This document shows positions 7,461-10,269 of a DNA stretch of 10,269 bases, one piece after another. The stretch covers positions 1 through 10,269 of the forward strand of contig CBDCVR010000004.1 of assembly GCA_965223155.1 (NCBI GenBank), in the 5' to 3' direction. Positions within the stretch are counted from its first letter, which is position 1. The number at the start of each line of letters is the position of its first letter. The DNA is from Candidatus Multivoradales bacterium. Its GTDB lineage: Bacteria > Acidobacteriota > Thermoanaerobaculia > Multivoradales > JAHEKO01. The notes beneath the pieces were generated by a model. It saw only the letters and a program-made list of their open reading frames with translations. It was not told the DNA's origin and searched no databases. The translations under genes were made by a program, and so were the position numbers.

Positions 7461-7839
7461 GTACCTGCTAGACACCAACGTCGCGATCCGGATTCTCAAC
7501 AACGAACTCGACCTCGAAGCCCGCCACGGTGGCGGCTCCGAGGTGTTCCTGTGTTTGACGGTCGTCGGCGAACTGTACTTCGGCGCCGAGAAATCGGGCC
7601 GGCCGGAAGCAAATCGCTCCAGCATCGATAGGCTGATCGAGCTGTGTCCGGTCGTGCCGCAGAGCCTCGATACGGCACGCTTCTACGGAATGGTCAAGAA
7701 GCGCCTCCAGGAGAAGGGTCGGCCCATCCCGGAGAACGACATCTGGATCGCCGCCGTTGCGCTCCAGCACGGTTTGACGGTAGCGACCGGAGATCCACAC
7801 TTCGATCACGTCGAGGACCTGCCAATCGAGGCCTGGTAG
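7450..7839 (+). CDS. vapC: PIN-domain toxin (VapC family), 129 aa
   Basis: YLLDTNV, VVGELYFGA, IPENDIWIAAVAL and TGDPHF supply the conserved acidic PIN residues. Confidence 0.95.
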   Translation: MSGKYLLDTNVAIRILNNELDLEARHGGGSEVFLCLTVVGELYFGAEKSGRPEANRSSIDRLIELCPVVPQSLDTARFYGMVKKRLQEKGRPIPENDIWIAAVALQHGLTVATGDPHFDHVEDLPIEAW

Positions 7840-7859
7840 GGACTCCTGCGTTGCGTCAC

Positions 7860-9059
7860 TCAGGGCGCGCCCTTTTCGGCCTGTGAGCTACCGGTCGTCA
7901 GCCCCCGGATGTGCGCGCCCATGGTCTCGGCAGCCGTCCTCTGCGCGTCATCCAGCCGAGACCGATAGACACGATCCGTGATCTGGACATCCTCGTGTCC
8001 GGCCAGATCCGAGAGGAGTTCCAGGGACACGCCGGCTGGCACGCCCTCGCTGACGAAGCTGTGGCGGAGCGAATAGGGCGTGGCGTTCTCGAGCTTCGCG
8101 ATGCGGCAGAGGGTCTTCCAGGTTCTCTTGATGTTCTTGAGTGGCTGCCCGGGCTGGGGTCCCTCCAGCACGTAGGCATCGTCATCCTGCCGCTCAAGTC
8201 GCTCGAGCACCGCTAGGGCCGGCTCGTTGAGCCAGATGACCCGCCCACGCTGACGCTTGCCGTGGCGATCACCTTTGGCTTTCGGCAGGCGAATCTGGCG
8301 GGCCTCGAGATCGACCCATTCCCACTTCATGCCGAAGACCTCGCCCGGACGGCAGCCGGTGTAGAGAAGCAGCTCGACAGCGGTCAGGGAAGCGTCCGGC
8401 AGGATTCGCTCGTATCGCGCCTGAGACAGTGCGGCGCCGAGGCGGCGATACTCGTCGGCGCTGAGATGCCTCTGGCGTGACGGCTCTGGATAGCGCTGAA
8501 TGCCGTGCGTTGGGTTGGTTCCACGATCTCGCCAGCCCCATAGCTCGGCCAGGTTGAAGGCCTTCGACAGCAGAGACAGCACCCGATTGGCGGCGAATGG
8601 CTTCTTGGCCATGCGCACGTGGAGATCGTGCAGGTCCTCCGAGGTCACCTGGTGGACCAGGCGAGTTCCGACAACGGGTAGGACGTGGAGTCTCCACATC
8701 CGCTCGTCCTCCTCGGCGCTCTTCGGTGACTTGTGAGGCACTGCGTGCCGGCGCTGGTAGTGGACTGAGAGGTCTCGGACGGTCTTGCGCGTGGTGCGAG
8801 GTCCGTTGCCTTGCAGCAGCCTTAGCAGGAGCTGCTGGGCCTTGTCCCGCGCTGCCTCGAGCGGGACCAGATCGGCCCTGCCGATGGAGTAGGGCTTGCC
8901 GCGGAAACGGACGACGTACAGCTTCCGAGTCTTGTAAACGCGGAGCCCGAAGCCGCGCAGGCTCTTGGGGCCTCGGCCCTCCATGATGTAGTAGGAGTTC
9001 TTCTTGGCGAATGGGGCCCTCTCGACGATCCTCCGAGTGAGTAGCGGAACGATTGGCAC
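7860..9059 (-). CDS. int: tyrosine recombinase/integrase with an N-terminal arm-binding domain, about 399 aa
   Basis: Catalytic motifs LYTGCRPGE (R), PKAK (K), YSLRH, LAGH and RVY (Y). The N-terminal GFGLRV...LEAARDKA pattern resembles arm-binding domains. GTG 9059 is preceded by GGAGG. Confidence 0.95.
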   Translation of the reverse strand: MPIVPLLTRRIVERAPFAKKNSYYIMEGRGPKSLRGFGLRVYKTRKLYVVRFRGKPYSIGRADLVPLEAARDKAQQLLLRLLQGNGPRTTRKTVRDLSVHYQRRHAVPHKSPKSAEEDERMWRLHVLPVVGTRLVHQVTSEDLHDLHVRMAKKPFAANRVLSLLSKAFNLAELWGWRDRGTNPTHGIQRYPEPSRQRHLSADEYRRLGAALSQARYERILPDASLTAVELLLYTGCRPGEVFGMKWEWVDLEARQIRLPKAKGDRHGKRQRGRVIWLNEPALAVLERLERQDDDAYVLEGPQPGQPLKNIKRTWKTLCRIAKLENATPYSLRHSFVSEGVPAGVSLELLSDLAGHEDVQITDRVYRSRLDDAQRTAAETMGAHIRGLTTGSSQAEKGAP

Positions 9060-9081
9060 GATGCCTCCCTTCGGTCCGGGG

Positions 9082-9100
9082 CAAGTACATTTCCGGTACA
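9082..9100 (+). repeat. putative integrase arm-type binding site, right arm
   Basis: CAAGTACATTTCCGGTACA is 17/19 identical to 658-676 and in the same orientation. Confidence 0.7.
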
Positions 9101-9231
9101 CCGCCCTCGCCGAAAAGAGGGGTAGTTCCCCGTAAACCTACCGGAGGCAACAGCGAGATAACTCGCTCTATTTCAGTAACTTAGGGTGAGTCATCGTAAC
9201 CCTTCGCAAGGCTTGCGGAAGGCCCGGATCC

Positions 9232-9278
9232 GAATGGGGTTCAGGGGGTCGCGAGTTCAAATCTCGCCGTCCCGACCA
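9232..9278 (+). repeat. attR core, 47-bp duplicate of the tRNA-Pro 3' half
   Basis: Exact match to 590-636; it lacks the tRNA 5' half. Confidence 0.96.
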
Positions 9279-9443
9279 AATAAACCCCCTCAACGCAACA
9301 AGTTAGGGAGATAGCCCGAAACTCGCGGGATCTGGATGGTCTCGGGATCATCAGCGGGTCCTCATGGATTCGGTCCGGGCGAGCTGGCGTTGGGTATGGC
9401 GGGGCAAACGTCCGACCTTTGCGTGCCATACCGAGCTCCTTAG

Positions 9444-9718
9444 AGGTGCCACCCTTTGCGCGAAAGCTAGTCAGTAGTTGACGTCTTCGAAAAGGAACCT
9501 ATTGCAGGGTAGGAGACAGACTGCGGGCACACGAGTTCGGCATCCGGGACTGCAACGGCTCCATCTTGGGCTTCGCCGAGGCTCTTGAGTCGAATGGGCA
9601 GCGAGAGCTCGTTGGCAGACCGAAACGCGAACGAGAAGGGTGCGGGAAAGGTGTCCCCCTTGTCGCGAAAGCTAATTGGTGGTTGACATTTTCAAGAGGG
9701 GTGGTACCTATTGCGGGT
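9444..9718 (+). repeat. diverged direct repeats of about 67-70 bp (9444-9510 and 9649-9718)
   Basis: 39/52 identity without gaps (shared AGGTG, CGCGAAAGCTA, GTTGAC), followed by a shared ACCTATTGC. Confidence 0.75.
9513..9590 (+). pseudogene. C-terminal remnant of a VOC (glyoxalase/bleomycin-resistance) family gene
   Basis: ETDCG, then a frame change to AHEFGIRDCNGSILGFAE. This resembles the VOC C-terminal G.REF.I.D..G..L.F motif. No start codon or N-terminal half is present. Confidence 0.55.
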
Positions 9719-9759
9719 GGGTTGACATTTTCAAGAGGGGTGGTACCTATTGCGGGTGG
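9681..9759 (+). repeat. exact 39-bp tandem duplication containing TTGACA
   Basis: GGTTGACATTTTCAAGAGGGGTGGTACCTATTGCGGGTG occurs at 9681-9719 and 9720-9758. A third copy of the 16-bp sub-unit, with one mismatch, lies at 9754-9769. Confidence 0.95.
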
Positions 9760-9779
9760 TACCTAGTGCAAAAACCGAA

Positions 9780-10269
9780 ATGGCGACCACAATTCGCTTT
9801 CGCCGTCTATTGGCCCTCTTGGGCGTCCTGACCGCGTGTGACTACGTCACGAACTACGGACAAGCCGACCTCAAGCAACGTACGGCTGCGAAAACACTTG
9901 CCATAAGGCCAGGTGTTACTTTGTCTCTCCTCGAGGCAGCAGCGAGGTGTGTACCCGAACGATCGCCTCCGACGGAACCGGCGGACCCTGCGCTCTTGAT
10001 GAAGGGCTCGCCAGCGCGAAGGCGGGCGAGCACGTGGTCCTGCTGGACGGCACGTACGAGCAGTCGCTGCGGACCAAGAACCACGGGACTCGCGCACTGC
10101 CCATCATCGTTCGCGCCGCCAATCAGCACGGCGCCGTCATTGCCGATGGTGACAGTAGAAGGCACGGTGTCGAGATCACGCACGACTACATCACCGTCCG
10201 CGGCCTGACCGTCGATGGCGAGTGCTCGAGGCCGAACCGCGTGATCCAGGAAGACGGCCAGAAGAAGTA
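9780..10269 (+). pseudogene. frameshifted lipoprotein with a right-handed beta-helix (DUF1565/pectate-lyase-like) domain; runs off the window
   Basis: The ATG 9780 frame gives a signal peptide with lipobox (MATTIRFRRLLALLGVLTAC). A second frame, open from 9842 to the window end, reads CYFVSPRGS...AKAGEHVVLLDGTY...HGTRALPIIVRAANQHGAVI...YITVRGLTVDG. Confidence 0.65.

Larger units (their letters stand above)
590..9278. mobile_element. tRNA-Pro-integrated genomic island (predicted excised circle 8642 bp) with tyrosine integrase and excisionase-like gene
   Basis: Exact 47-bp att repeats, an integrase next to attR, an HTH excisionase-like gene next to attL, and matching arm-type-like repeats in both arms. 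Confidence 0.93.

Noticed and set aside
8060-8077. Inactive integrase because HxxR reads YSLR
   Set aside because: The first His of HxxR is known to vary among tyrosine recombinases. The R, K, R, H and Y residues are present and the ORF is intact.
8269-9150. 293-aa alternative-frame ORF inside the integrase
   Set aside because: Arg/Pro/Ala-rich shadow ORF typical of high-GC DNA, with no motif.
9232-9278. Second tRNA gene
   Set aside because: Only the 3' 47 nt are present, with no D arm or 5' acceptor strand. It is the attR duplicate.
590-9278. Prophage, PICI or ICE
   Set aside because: No structural, terminase, primase/rep, relaxase or T4SS genes are recognisable between the att sites.
9400-9470. 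c-di-GMP-I riboswitch suggested by GGCAAAC and GCGAAAGC
   Set aside because: The expected P2 stem with GAAA loop and the GACGCAAAGC junction do not follow in the right arrangement.
9681-9769. CRISPR array
   Set aside because: The units are directly adjacent with no spacers, there are only two copies, and no cas genes are present.

Overview
GC-rich bacterial window. It opens with the 3' end of a low-complexity host gene and an intact tRNA-Pro(GGG) gene (560-636). An 8.6-kb element is integrated in this tRNA, bounded by an exact 47-bp direct repeat of the tRNA 3' half (590-636 and 9232-9278). The element has a tyrosine integrase at the right end, an excisionase-like HTH gene at the left end, and matching arm-type-like repeats in both arms. 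I see no replication, conjugation or capsid genes. The cargo looks defence/toxin-like: an orphan BlaI/MecI/CopY-family repressor, a 768-aa protein with a Zn ribbon and PD-(D/E)xK motif, a multi-TM protein, a transglutaminase-like protein, a HEPN-motif gene coupled to a membrane gene, an orphan DUF2442 gene and a VapBC pair. The most notable signal is a BlaI-type operator-like palindrome placed identically in the excisionase promoter and upstream of the repressor/nuclease genes. This suggests that one repressor links nuclease expression to excision (inference). There is also a hairpin-dense intergenic segment (3912-4146). Right of attR is a decayed region with diverged repeats, a VOC-family gene remnant, a 39-bp tandem duplication and a frameshifted beta-helix lipoprotein gene. 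All family calls are from motifs read by eye; no searches were run.
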